A stretch of 64,000 nt of DNA, taken from NCBI GenBank assembly GCA_002633005.1, contig NMRA01000021.1, positions 1,625,146 to 1,689,145 on the forward strand, written 5' to 3'. Below, one piece after another: positions 13,844-24,900 of the stretch. Within the stretch, counting starts at the first letter, position 1. Each line of letters opens with the position of its first letter. Origin of the DNA: Phoronis australis. Its lineage: Eukaryota > Animalia > Phoronida. Under the pieces are notes generated by a model. It searched no databases and had not been told where the DNA came from. It saw only the letters and a program-made list of their open reading frames with translations. A program made the position numbers and the translations under genes.

Positions 13844-13878
13844 ACAGCATACCTACCAAGTGAACCACGGATAATTCA

Positions 13879-13953
13879 TTAGTTCAAAGCTTCTTTGACA
13901 GCATTGGAAATGTTTAGAATTTTCTTAGCATTATCCACGTAGCCATCACCATT
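13879..13953 (-). CDS. SELENOW: SELENOW coding exon 5 (NGDGYVDNAKKILNISNAVKEALN*)
   Basis: Acceptor tctctgtgtttgcag|AAT; stop TAA at 13881-13879; exon continues as UTR to the donor at 13857. Confidence 0.95.
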   Translation of the reverse strand, partial: NGDGYVDNAKKILNISNAVKEALN

Positions 13954-16900
13954 CTGCAAACACAGAGAAAACAGAAGTCCATTACAGTCATGTATGCTCA
14001 GAATATTGTAAAAGACCATATCAGCTAGGACGCGGCCATCTTTAAAGAGCAAAGAAATTGTTTTTGATGTTACCTTACCAAAATAAAGAAGGTTATTTTG
14101 GAGATGTTCTTTTGCATTACCAGTGTTCCTCAGGCATGTCTTTAATATATGCAAGCATAGAAAGCAGAGCAAACAGCCCAGCAAAAAGTCTGCATCTTGG
14201 TTTAAACACTATGTCCAAACACCTAACGAGCACAGTCTGAGCAGGACATTCCTGTTTGCTCAATGGAAGTAATGGAGAACCACGATGCAGGTCTTTCCCT
14301 GGGCTGTGACAATTTCTACTGGAAAATAAACATATGCTAGAACAGTAATTAACCGGGAAAATGCCTCTGCAAGAAAACCAAGATCTATCAATTTAAAAAT
14401 CGATGAAAATCTCCAAAAAGGAATTTTAAGTAAGCCTTATACATTTTACACCATGAGCTACATAAAGTTCATTGACTGATCCCATAACTGTCTCGTTTTC
14501 CGATGAAAAACTTGACTTAGACACTATAATTGAGTGGTGGGCAGAATAATTATGATCATTTCTCACAACAAAAAGGACAAATTGAGATGGTGCAGTATCT
14601 AAAGCCACATAAATCGCCATATTTAAAAAATTCAAAATGTGATAAAACGCATTTTAGGAAAATCAAGAGGGATCGCCAAAAGGTCAAGATCAACCTCCCT
14701 CCACAAGATGCTTGTGGTGAAGGTCACTACGACCTTGAACTTTCACTTTTGTACTAGAAAAACAATAGGTCTCCTCAAGGCCAACTTCTGTACCAAGTTT
14801 GAAATCCATAAACACAGGCAAATCCTACATAGTTATTGCTCAAAAAATGTTTGATCTACCAACCCACACCATGTGCAACGTAATGAAAATAGATACAGTA
14901 CACCTCGAAACATCCATAACGGTCATTTTGAATTTGTCATCGCTTTTTTATCAACAAAACACTGATGTAAACATTCTACCTTCCTTATATGAACCGCTTA
15001 ATCTGGTTTCAGATCACAGCAGTTTTGCTGTAACGAACCCAACCTGCAGGGCCATTTCATTGCATGGACTTTTGACAATCAAGGCCTTCTACCGCTTTTT
15101 CATCAAGAATTAAATCAACTCAGACTTCTATGCATGCCTTTGAGGAATGTGGTGAGCACAGTTCTGTTAAGCACGTCTTCAAAGTTGGTACAGATAAACC
15201 GGCAAGTGGGTTTTGAGATAATTCTTTGCTTTCGCCTTGGTCTCGAAAGTGGCGGATTATCCGAACGATACTGCTCATCATAATGACAAACCAGACAAAC
15301 ATGATTTTGATAAAATATTTAAAGCTGACCTTCTTAGAGTGTACTAGTTTCCCGTTCACTTGAACCTCAAAGTAACCCGTTGTATTCGGAGTTGCATAAC
15401 TGTCCTGCAATCAAGATAAGGAAACAAATTATTACATGCACAATCCAACATGGACACGGTCAGATTGAAAATCAACAAATATGTGAAACTTGACAAGGCA
15501 ATATCAGGGGCCAGCCTCGTTAATTATTGTGCAGTTGAAACTGAAAGTCACATAAAAAAGTGATATCACTTACGATCTCAAGATCCCCAGGGAACTCTCT
15601 TTCAAGGGTGTCTTTCAGTTTCTGGAACTATAACAGAAGAAGCAGGACATTTACTAAGCAATAGTTAAATATAATATGCTCAATTTTGAGAACCAGTATG
15701 ATGCCCATCATTCAGTGGAGAAAAACTGGTTCTCAAAATGCAGCACGCTACATCCAATTATTACAGGACATTTAATTCAATGTTTATTATTGTATTAAAA
15801 AACTTTTAACAGAAGACCAGACATTAATTAATTTCAGGCACTCATTAGATGCAGCATCTATCAGAGACCCACATATATTGTGGAGGTTGTTTTCTCTTGG
15901 GCTTCCAAATGGGGGATTTCAAATTGCTTAATAGATTCATTTGAATGGTGAGCTACCTAATGCACTAGGGTGGATTTGAAATTTCAATGATTCTGAGAAA
16001 TCCAATGATTGCTAGTGTTTAAAAGTTAGTAAAACTCATAGATGTCATATCCAACTAAACCTAGATTTTATCCCACTAAGGTACAACCTATGCAGTAGCA
16101 CAACTGTGCCTTGGCAGTTCATCTCAGGTGAAGATCTGGCTCTTGAGTGTAGACTGGCTTATGCATATTAACCATAGCTCCAGGCTCAAAACCCTTACTG
16201 ACTGATTTCACCTACCTTGGGCCCGTACCCTCATGCGCCACTGAAAGAAAGAGAAAATCATTATAGTGTTCAAACAAATTGAAAAGTCTCAACCAGCACA
16301 GATTCAGAGAAGGATCCAAACTACCCTTGCTTAATAACTTAAGAGTTGTAGAAATTGAGGCATATAGTGGATTCCCTAGTCCTTAACTTCAAGCGGGGAT
16401 ATTCATACAAGAGCAATGCGGAATGTTGAAATGTGCCCACGATCAGTAACATAAAAAGGGACATGAGACGGGAATGTGAGAAAATTGAAAAACATCACCG
16501 GCTCCCTAATAGAAAACTGCTAGTAGACGCCATGAAATTCCATTAACAAACTCAGAAGGCAACTGTAAAAAATAAAATAGCCATTAGGGAGCACACTGTG
16601 CAAATTCATTCAGTGAGAATTCACTCAAGCCAACCCATCAATGATGGAAAATGTCAGAAAAATTTCATGAACATCCATCAAGGTGCATAACAATATATTG
16701 TTATGATGGACTGTCCGGAGTTGGCAGGCAGTCAGAAAAACCCAAGTCCTTCTGCTCAATTACTCTTTATTGTATTTTAATTTGACAGCATTAACATAAG
16801 AGGTGCCTGAAGAATTAAAGGAGGATGCCACCCGATTTAAATTAGTCTTTTTTTACCGTCTTAATCGGTCTGTATCCACATTGTTGTTTTTGGATGGAAT

Positions 16901-18617
16901 TCTCCTTTTCATTTTTTGCCCACATTTGAAATTCTCATAAAAATTTGAGTAAAAAGAATTTTTCCTGGCTAAGTTTTGTGGGAAATAGCTGCATTTCATA
17001 ACAGCTGATTTGATTGTTTATCCAGTATTACCACGCATGTCGCTATTTGTGAAAAAACCTTTTCAAATGACTTATACTGATAAGTTATTAACAAATGCAC
17101 ATATAATAGTCTGGAGGGAAATTAATTTGAGTTGAATTTTAGCAAAAAAATCTTATAATTTGTTTTGTAATTCGACAAGGATCTACTTCGCGCAGTGAAC
17201 TGACTGGTTAGCTTCAGGTTTCTCCACGTGTGTGTGTGCGCATGTGTGTGTGTGCACGTGTGTGTTTTGTGCGTGTGTGTGGGTGTGTGTAGGATCTAAC
17301 ATGACCTTAACATGGAAGTTTTGATCGTAGCGGCGAAGTTAACTGTGATGAACAGGTAATTACCCTGTTTTATTACGCACACCTGGAGATCAGACAAAGG
17401 CAAATTCAGATCAGTGATACTAGTGTGTCCAGGGCCCTTAGTTCACATCACAATTAAAATAGAAAAAAAGCACTGGACACCAGTCAGATACATGATGACT
17501 TTCTCTCTTGTTCTAATCTCTCTTCCCTACATATCCGCCATCTCAGAGCAATAACTGTTTCAAATTATCTCACAACGAGGGTCACACCTTCATTGTTGAA
17601 CGTGAACTTTCGGATTCTTTTCAGCATCAGAACACTGTAAATACCCCTTCTGTATGTACTGAAACATATGGATGCCATCGATGCATTTAATTCCTTCCAA
17701 CTCGACCAAATACTCTCATTATCATATACTTTTTCTTCGAGCAGTCCCTCGTTTAGTACCCAAAATCGGTAACTCGCCATTTTCACACTGCGCACCCTGG
17801 GAGATATATATGTAATGCCATCTGGTTGGCGTAGTGTTAAAAATAGCGAGTTACAGATTTTGGGAATTGAACGAGGGACTGCTCGGAGAAAAAGTTTGAT
17901 AACGGGAGTATTTGTTCGAGTTAGAAGTAATCGACGACATCCTAAGGTGTCCCTCTATGTGCAAAAGGCATGTTATAACAACGTGACTTTGATGTTTTAG
18001 TCAGTGCGAGGCATAAGCGCCTATAGGAGCTTCATCGTCTCTACTGGCGTTGCCAGTACAGACAATGATCATTGTATAATTGTACCGGAAGCTTTTCGGC
18101 GAATTATGCCTCAAACTGACTAAACCACCAAAGTCACGTTGCTGAGTATCTTTGGCGCAAAGAGGGCATTGGGAAGCCGTCAAAGTCTTTAATTCCTTCC
18201 AACTTGAACAAAAACTCCCGCCCAAACCGGCAACTGGCCACTTTTACACTGCTCGCGCCGGGAGATACGACGTTCGAGTTGGAAGTAATTAAAGATATCT
18301 ACGGCATCCTAAGCTTTATGAATCACTATATGTACAAAAGTTATTTTATGGCAACGTGACTTTGATGGTGTGAGGGATAATTCGCCGACAAGCTTTCGGC
18401 GTACAAGATACATCAGGGATTAGTCTGTGTCGTCACCTATAGTATCAGGTGAGACGCCCGCGCCAAGGCCGATGCGATGGCCGAGGGCACCGCGCCCTTG
18501 GAAGTTAACACACCAGCTGCACTTTGATGTTATCGTTAGACTTCATAGGCCTACAGCTAATTGACTGATTAAATTGAGCATAGCTTACCAATAAGTGACA
18601 TGGATTTTCACAACCAT
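13879..18617 (-). CDS. SELENOW: Selenoprotein W (Rdx/thioredoxin-like fold, CxxU), 85 aa, five coding exons: join(18617-18589, 16240-16216, 15627-15574, 15404-15330, 13953-13879)
   Basis: Spliced translation MVVKIHVTYCGAUGYGPKFQKLKDTLEREFPGDLEIDSYATPNTTGYFEVQVNGKLVHSKKNGDGYVDNAKKILNISNAVKEALN*. All introns GT-AG; coding exon sizes 29/25/54/75/75 nt; family motifs YCGAUGY, EFPG.L.I, TG.FEV, HSKK.GDGYVD; downstream SECIS. Confidence 0.97.
15330..15404 (-). CDS. SELENOW: SELENOW exon 4 (DSYATPNTTGYFEVQVNGKLVHSKK)
   Basis: ttgcag|GAC ... AAG|gtcagc; 75 nt, phase 0/0. Confidence 0.95.
15574..15627 (-). CDS. SELENOW: SELENOW exon 3 (FQKLKDTLEREFPGDLEI)
   Basis: ttatag|TTC ... ATC|gtaagt; 54 nt. 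Confidence 0.95.
16216..16240 (-). CDS. SELENOW: SELENOW exon 2 with the selenocysteine UGA codon ((C)GAUGYGPK)
   Basis: ttctctttctttcag|T GGC GCA TGA GGG TAC GGG CCC AAG|gtaggt; 25 nt; TGA at 16233-16231. Confidence 0.96.
16819..16880 (+). mobile_element. Terminus of a Kolobok-type element in SELENOW intron 1
   Basis: TTAA|AGGAGGATGCCACCCGATTTAAATTAGTCTTTTTTTACCGTCTTAATCGGTCTGTATCCAC matches the left ends at 41489 and 46141; similarity stops after ~60 bp. Confidence 0.7.
17680..18410. repeat. Fold-back (nested inverted repeat) element in SELENOW intron 1
   Basis: ~17680-17795 is an imperfect inverse of ~17826-17935; CAACGTGACTTTGATG..GGCATAA units at ~17980 and ~18352 are inverse to TTATGCC...CAAAGTCACGTTG at ~18104-18142; related dispersed copy at ~2080-2260. 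Confidence 0.65.
18589..18617 (-). CDS. SELENOW: SELENOW coding exon 1, copy A (MVVKIHVTY[C]), proximal
   Basis: aaaATG GTT GTG AAA ATC CAT GTC ACT TAT TG|gtaagc; phase-2 end completes the Cys codon with the first T of exon 2. Confidence 0.93.
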
Positions 18618-18755
18618 TTTATATGACCAGACTGATGACACTGATGTCCACAATCGACAGCAAAGAGGAATGCGAATGGGGGCAAATAAGTGCTGATTCA
18701 CCAAGCAGTCATACGTGAATTTGGAATCCTCAGTCAACTCGAGTTTACGCGCTTN

Positions 18756-19416
18756 TGAAATTCCGCAATTGTACAACAAAATTAATTTCTTTCTATATGG
18801 ATGTCAAGAACTTAACTCAAACGAAAATAAGGTTTTATTTGAAATAGTATCAGAATTTCTTTATAACATTAAATCTCTTTGTGTGAGTGGATAGAATTTT
18901 ATACATCTGTATGAAAATGAATTATTTTCATTCGTTGTCATATATCATTGTATTCTTAACATCAGTTTTTTATTTATATATTCGTATATAATCATTGTAT
19001 ATAGACTTCTTTGTATTTTTTACCTAGATCTAATGCCTCTTGGCGCTTTCTGGGCTATGTATATTCATTGTATTCTGAAGATTTCGTAATAAACATTAAA
19101 AAAAACCTTGGTCTCGTTCTCAATGAATTTCTCCTGAGCAACGTTACGAAATTTTTATGTACCGTTTATCAATATTGTTGCTTCTGATTTCCATACATGA
19201 ATCTGTACATATTTTTGTTTTTATATATTCGTAATAGCAGATCTAAGTGTTGGACTACTTATATTAGATACTATACTTAAATGTAAATACCTCTATGTAA
19301 ATTAGTTTTAATTATGAATTGTTTACAACCCAGATATAATGCTTCGCGATTTCTGGGTTTGTCATTATTTCTTTGTATGTTCTGTGTATTCTTCAATAAA
19401 CATATTTCACTTAAAA
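18756..19416 (+). mobile_element. 3' ends of the nested LINE pair (second occurrence, truncated by contig join)
   Basis: Near-identical to 51741-52401, including both 3' tails and the AACCTTG junction; starts right after N at 18755. Confidence 0.9.
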
Positions 19417-20258
19417 ACTATGGTACACGCAAGAGACCATTCCTGCGCACCCTAGGAGATATATACGTAATGCCATCTGGTGGGCGCAGTGTTAAAAATG
19501 GCGAGTTACTGATCGTGGGAACTGAACGAGGGACTGCTCGGAGAAAAAGTTTGATAACGGGAGTATTTATTCGAGTTGGAAGGAATTAAATACATCGACG
19601 TCATCTATGCGCAAAAGGTATGTTATAACAACATGACTTTGATGTTTTAGTCAGTACGAGGCATAATTCGCTGAAAAGCTTCTATTATATGAAGCTCCTA
19701 TAGGAGCTCCATCGTCGGTGCCAGTAGAGACAATGATCATTGTATAATTGTACCGGAAGCTTTTCGGCGAATTATGCCTCAAACTGATTAAACCATCAAA
19801 GTCACGTTGCTATGAGTACCTTTTGCCGTCAATGTCTTTAATTCTTTCCAACTCGAACAACTCCCGTAATCAATTTTTTTCCGGTCAGTCCTTTGTTCGG
19901 TTGCCCAAACCGGCAACTGGCCACTTTTACACTGCTCGCGCCGGGAGGTACGACGTTCGAGTTGGAAGGAATTAAAGACATCTACGGCATCCTAAGCCTA
20001 AGGAGTCACCATATGCACAAAAGTTACTTTATGGCAACAAGACTTTGATGGTGTGAGGGATAATTCGCCGACAAGCTTACAAGATATATCAGGGGTTAGG
20101 CCGTGTCCTCACCTATAGTATCAGGTGAGACGCCCGCGCCAAGGCCGATGCGATGGCCGAGAGCCCCGTGCCCTCGGAAGTTAACATACCAGCTGCACTT
20201 TGACGTTGTCGTTAGACTTCAAACAGCTATTTGACTGATTAAATTGAGCATAGCTTAC

Positions 20259-20287
20259 CAATAGATGACATGGATTTTCACAACCAT
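20259..20287 (-). CDS. SELENOW: SELENOW exon 1, duplicate copy B (MVVKIHVIY[C]); functional status unknown
   Basis: aaaATG GTT GTG AAA ATC CAT GTC ATC TAT TG|gtaagc; intact start, frame and donor; flanks 19443-20419 homologous to 17788-18754. Confidence 0.75.
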
Positions 20288-20726
20288 TTTTACCTGACCA
20301 GCCTGATGACACTGATGTCCACAATTGACAGCAAAGAGGAATGGGGGCAAATAAGTGCTGATTCACCAAGCAGTCATACGTGAATTTGGAATCCTCAGTC
20401 AACTCGAGTTTACGCGCTTGGTCGCCTAGAACAGCTAGCCCTGGAATGCCAACTTCGATCTCGAGGTTGCACCGCGCATGCGTGACATTCTTTTATATTC
20501 ATTTGTTCCAGTGAAGGTTGCTGCTACCTAATCCTTTTCGCAACTCCGCCGTTTTTCAACCAAATTGAGTAAGAGTCATATCATCAGAAAGCCATTTAGG
20601 ATGTATGTAGCAAACGATAAATAATTCAATTCACAAATAATTATTATTTCGCATACTTGTGACACTGAGGTTTAACTTAAACTAGAATGGTTTTCACTGA
20701 GTTTGAAACTCAGTGAAAACCATTCT

Positions 20727-21330
20727 AGTGTAACCAAAATGCAGCAAATAACAACAAAAGAAAATGAACCAGGGAGGTTTTATAGATGGCTAACTAAATA
20801 AGCGCCAAAATAAATGCACTGATTCAAAAGATTTCTACCCTATCAGGACAAATTTTTAGAATGTGGAACCTTCAAAGTTGCTGTGAAGAATTTAGTCAGG
20901 CATTCATCCAAAAGTATACATCTTTATACATTAACTGGACCTTTAGTGCCGTTTGATACAGTTTTTCAGTAACAATTCAAGAGACAATGACATTTACAAA
21001 AAATGTGATGAATTGATCTACCTGAAATTAGCAGATAACGGCTTTCTGACGGACTCGAGCAAAAATCTATTGTGTAGGTTTGAAGTGTACTGTGGATAGA
21101 TCGTTACTTAGGTTGCAGTGTAGAACTTTCCATAATAGTTTAGAAACAAACCAATTTCTTCAGAAAATAAATATTAGAGGTCTTGACACATGCAACGTGT
21201 GTTACCGAAAACAAGAGCCTACATTGGAACACATTTTCACGATAGTTATGTTACTAAAATGTGCAATCTGGAAAATAACAATATTCATGACAATAAAACA
21301 ATGTAATTCTGAACACCTGTCGCATAGTTT
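20727..21330 (+). mobile_element. Old L1/Tx1-like LINE 3' remnant (zf-RVT-like motif); paralogous copies at ~35692-36290 and ~54220-54830
   Basis: LQCRTFHNSLETNQFLQKINIRGLDTCNVCYRKQEPTLEHIF resembles the L.TN..L.K..I.....C..C....ET..H.F C-terminal zinc finger of L1/Tx1 ORF2. Confidence 0.55.
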
Positions 21331-21916
21331 TCAACATTCGAAAACGAGGAAACCGGACAACTTGCGGATGAAAAGCGGGACACCTGAGTTTATGCCAAAA
21401 CGCAACCTTGGTTGAAATTTCAGCGCAATAAAGGAAACGTCACAACAGCGTTTTGTTGTCGAACGGGAGACGTACACCCAGAATCACCCGGCGACGTTTT
21501 TTGAAAAAACGTCGCAGTGCTTATTAAGTCGAATGAGAAATTACAGGTACCTCAAAAACCCTTCAAACACGAGTTCCATTTTTTCTTTTTAGTCAAACCG
21601 GCAATTACAGTTGTGTATATGATATTTCAATTTAACCGTGTGTCGAAAAGCGGGACATTTTGATATTGTGGCGGGATGGTGGCAAAAAATCAAAAAAGTG
21701 TTGTAGTCCACCAAGAGTGGATAAATTGGCAAGTACGATGTCAGTAACACAAAGTATTGGACTGGATTCTTTTATAAGATGAATTTTGATTTTTAAAGCT
21801 GATTTCACGGTACAGATAGCATTCACTGCTCAGAAATCGAATTAACAATAAGTATCTGGGAAACATTGCACAAATGAAATATGCAATTGAAAACAGTAAT
21901 ATTATTTTACATGCAA

Positions 21917-21919
<3 letters not shown>

Positions 21920-21958
<39 letters not shown>
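21920..21958. repeat. (CA)n microsatellite
   Basis: CA run; degenerate paralogous run at ~55225-55320. Confidence 0.9.
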
Positions 21959-21962
<4 letters not shown>

Positions 21963-24900
21963 GCACAGCTACGCAATTGCGAGTAGTTAACGCACCTGTT
22001 GGTAGAGACAAAGCTTTTCAATTTATAATTGACCAATCGCCAGGATTTTGAGTGATGGCTTACCTGAGCATTTAGAACGCAGCATTATTGATACCCCTTC
22101 GCTTCCAAGCCGCCATTTTACCTGACAAACATCACGATGTTGGGTAAAACTTATTTTTTGTTAGTCGACATTACGCAAGGGGGCAGAACAAACACTCAGA
22201 AACCAATTCGTAAACGTCAAACCTTTCCGTAAAATACAGTAACATTACTTTAACCCCAAAAATGCTTGTTGAAAAACTCCTAGCATGCAGTTTGGTAGGT
22301 TGTCCGGGGAAAGTGGTTCTAAGGTTGGAGATGAAAAGATATCAGAGGCCAGACTATTCCCGGTACCATGGCCGGCCAGGGCCCAGACACGGCCGGTCGG
22401 TGCGTGTAAAGAATGAACAATGTAATTTCCGGATTGCAAACTCTAATAGAATACGTTGGTCACGTGTGGGAGTTGGCATTTCAGAGTAGAGTTCAGTAAC
22501 GCTAGGCGAATTGGGCAAAAAAGGTCCGCCTCAGTGAAACAAAAAGTCCACGTAAACGAGACAAAAGTCCACAAAATCCCACGGGAAGTCGGCACGGGTG
22601 CACAATTCGTGGGCCTGAACCAAGTGGCCCCGTTTTTTATTTAGTCTTTGTCGATTTCTTTCACTAAAAGGTCCGCACACCGAAAAATTCACCTCATCCC
22701 CCCCTACATTTTGGGCTAGGTGCGCGCAGGTAATATCTCAGGTAATCTCGCGAAGTCTTGCTTATTAGTGAGGTCGTAGTTTTTTAACTTTACGCAGGGC
22801 TAGAGTTAGAGCAAGCAAGTATTCGCCACATCTAGTGTGCAAAATAAGGAAATTGTCGTCTGATTGGCCGCGGAATATAGCGCTGATGGACATGAACTGG
22901 TGAACAGTACAGAGTTGGTTTGTCTTGTGGAGTTAACTGTTTCTGATTTAGTTATTTTTGTAATCTGTTTCGTATGCTTCTGGGCTTCCCAGTACACAGA
23001 TTGTGGACAGAAAAATCATGTGTGGTACCAGTCCGAAACCTGGCCTCAAAGGCATCTATAGTCAACTCTAGCCGCGGTCGGATGACAACTTGTTAAACGT
23101 TGTTTTTGTAGTGGCGTAGCCAGAATTAACGCGTCGCGTCGTACACAGGCAATGTAATGACTAGTTGTGGATATGTTCGATCACTTGGCACCTCATGTCG
23201 TTGCCGAGCATTCAGGGCTGAGCGGGTGGACTCTGGCGTGTCTGGCGGCCGAGGGAACTCAGTGACCGTGAGACTTTCAGTAGCCTCCCCCAATCGACCC
23301 CTCTTTGCACGTCTTCAATTTTCGGTGTATCCATTTTCTGTAATAGGCCTGGCATCAAAAATGTGGGGCGTTTATAAACTCAAAGCAGATCTGTCCGAGT
23401 CGACAACTATGCCCGCCGGGCGACATGTAGACGGATAGTTTCCAACATGTCTTGCAAACTCGAAATTATTTTTGATACATTGGGTTCTCGTGACTTTTGA
23501 CGAGCGAACTTAAGGCAAGTGATGATGGCCTAGGTGGACGGGGTTAAGAGTAGAAATCCTCCATGGAGTCATCGTCAACCGGCTAATAAAACACAGACCG
23601 AAAACACTGCGCGTGAGCAAAAATAATTTCTGAGTACAAAGTCAAAAATGAGCTCACACTACTCGGAGCAGCTAAAGACCCCTACCCTTATCTTAGAGAT
23701 GATACGCTGTATTAACATTTCACTTATTTACTAAACACCAATCACGCACTCAGTAATTTCAAATACCAAGTTTAGTGATAGTGCATGGAAGTAACAACGC
23801 TGAAAAAATCCGACTCAAAGCATTCGTCAAGTTTAATGGCTGACTGGACCATGTGCGCGAGTATAGTCGACTGATCACTGAGGAAACGTGGCCTACTGAG
23901 AATAACGTTTCAGTCCACTAATGTTTTCTTTCCATTCCAGTTCCTCCGTGCTATAACCTGTCCAGGCCACCGGAGCTTTACCTTGATCTTTTTAGATCAC
24001 TTTTCTCAATGCACACGCCGTAACAATTGCATGGTAAACACCTAGTTCTGTGATTGGCTGGTGAATTTTTCGAGATCGCGTGCGTGATCTTAGAATTCCA
24101 AGTTTACGCACAACTCACATTTACCTGATCTTACACGCGAGCTATTTCAAATTCACGCACGACTACGCCACCGGTCACGCAAGCAGTGTGGTAGGCTAAT
24201 ATCTTGGAGTTCACTGTGCACCATAGAACAATAGACCATGGTAGAGTTCACTGTCTCGCAACGAGAGAAATCTAGCCAAAGTCACGTGCACTTGGCATTG
24301 AAAATACACTATTTCCGTTTTCCTCTGATCCTTGTGTATCCTAATGACTTTTCTGGCTTGCCTTTACAACAAACTGTTCCACTAACTAGTAGCAGCTAGT
24401 ACATGGTCGGAGTACAGAAATGCACGAGGTTTAAGTTGGATTTCGACCATTTTATTCGATGCAGGCCAACTGTAACAATCAAATCAGAGTATATATGTGC
24501 ACGACGTCATTACACACAAGCCGTTATATGTCTGTACAACCATGTCGTTTAAATTGTCCATTACCTTTGGCGTGTCCCGCATACCAAATAAGGAGACGTG
24601 CTTTGCCTGGTGGGAGAAAAGTCGACGACTTGAAGTCATTTGACGAGCAGTTGACAGGTCGTTTTTTTAATTTGAAAATAAAGGGAAAATGCTTTGACAT
24701 CACTCGAGAACAAATATTCAAATCTTTGTAAAAAAATTCATGAAAATACCTGGTAATCAGCATGACTTATGTTTCAGTGGCAGAGAATTACTTTGAATAA
24801 TGTAATTAAGGTCAAAATAAACATTACTTTCTATGTAATTGTATAATAAAGAAAGTAATCGTGCTTTAACGACAGATGCAAAACAACCAAAAAACTTGCA

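Larger units (their letters stand above)
18756..23985 (+). repeat. Segmental duplicate (or alternative haplotype) of ~51741-56072
   Basis: Colinear similarity: very high over the first ~1.8 kb, lower and with indels beyond; ~1.3 kb extra at ~22627-23920; shared end TTCCATTCCAGTTCCTCCGT...CCAGGCCACC.GAGCTTT. Confidence 0.9.
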
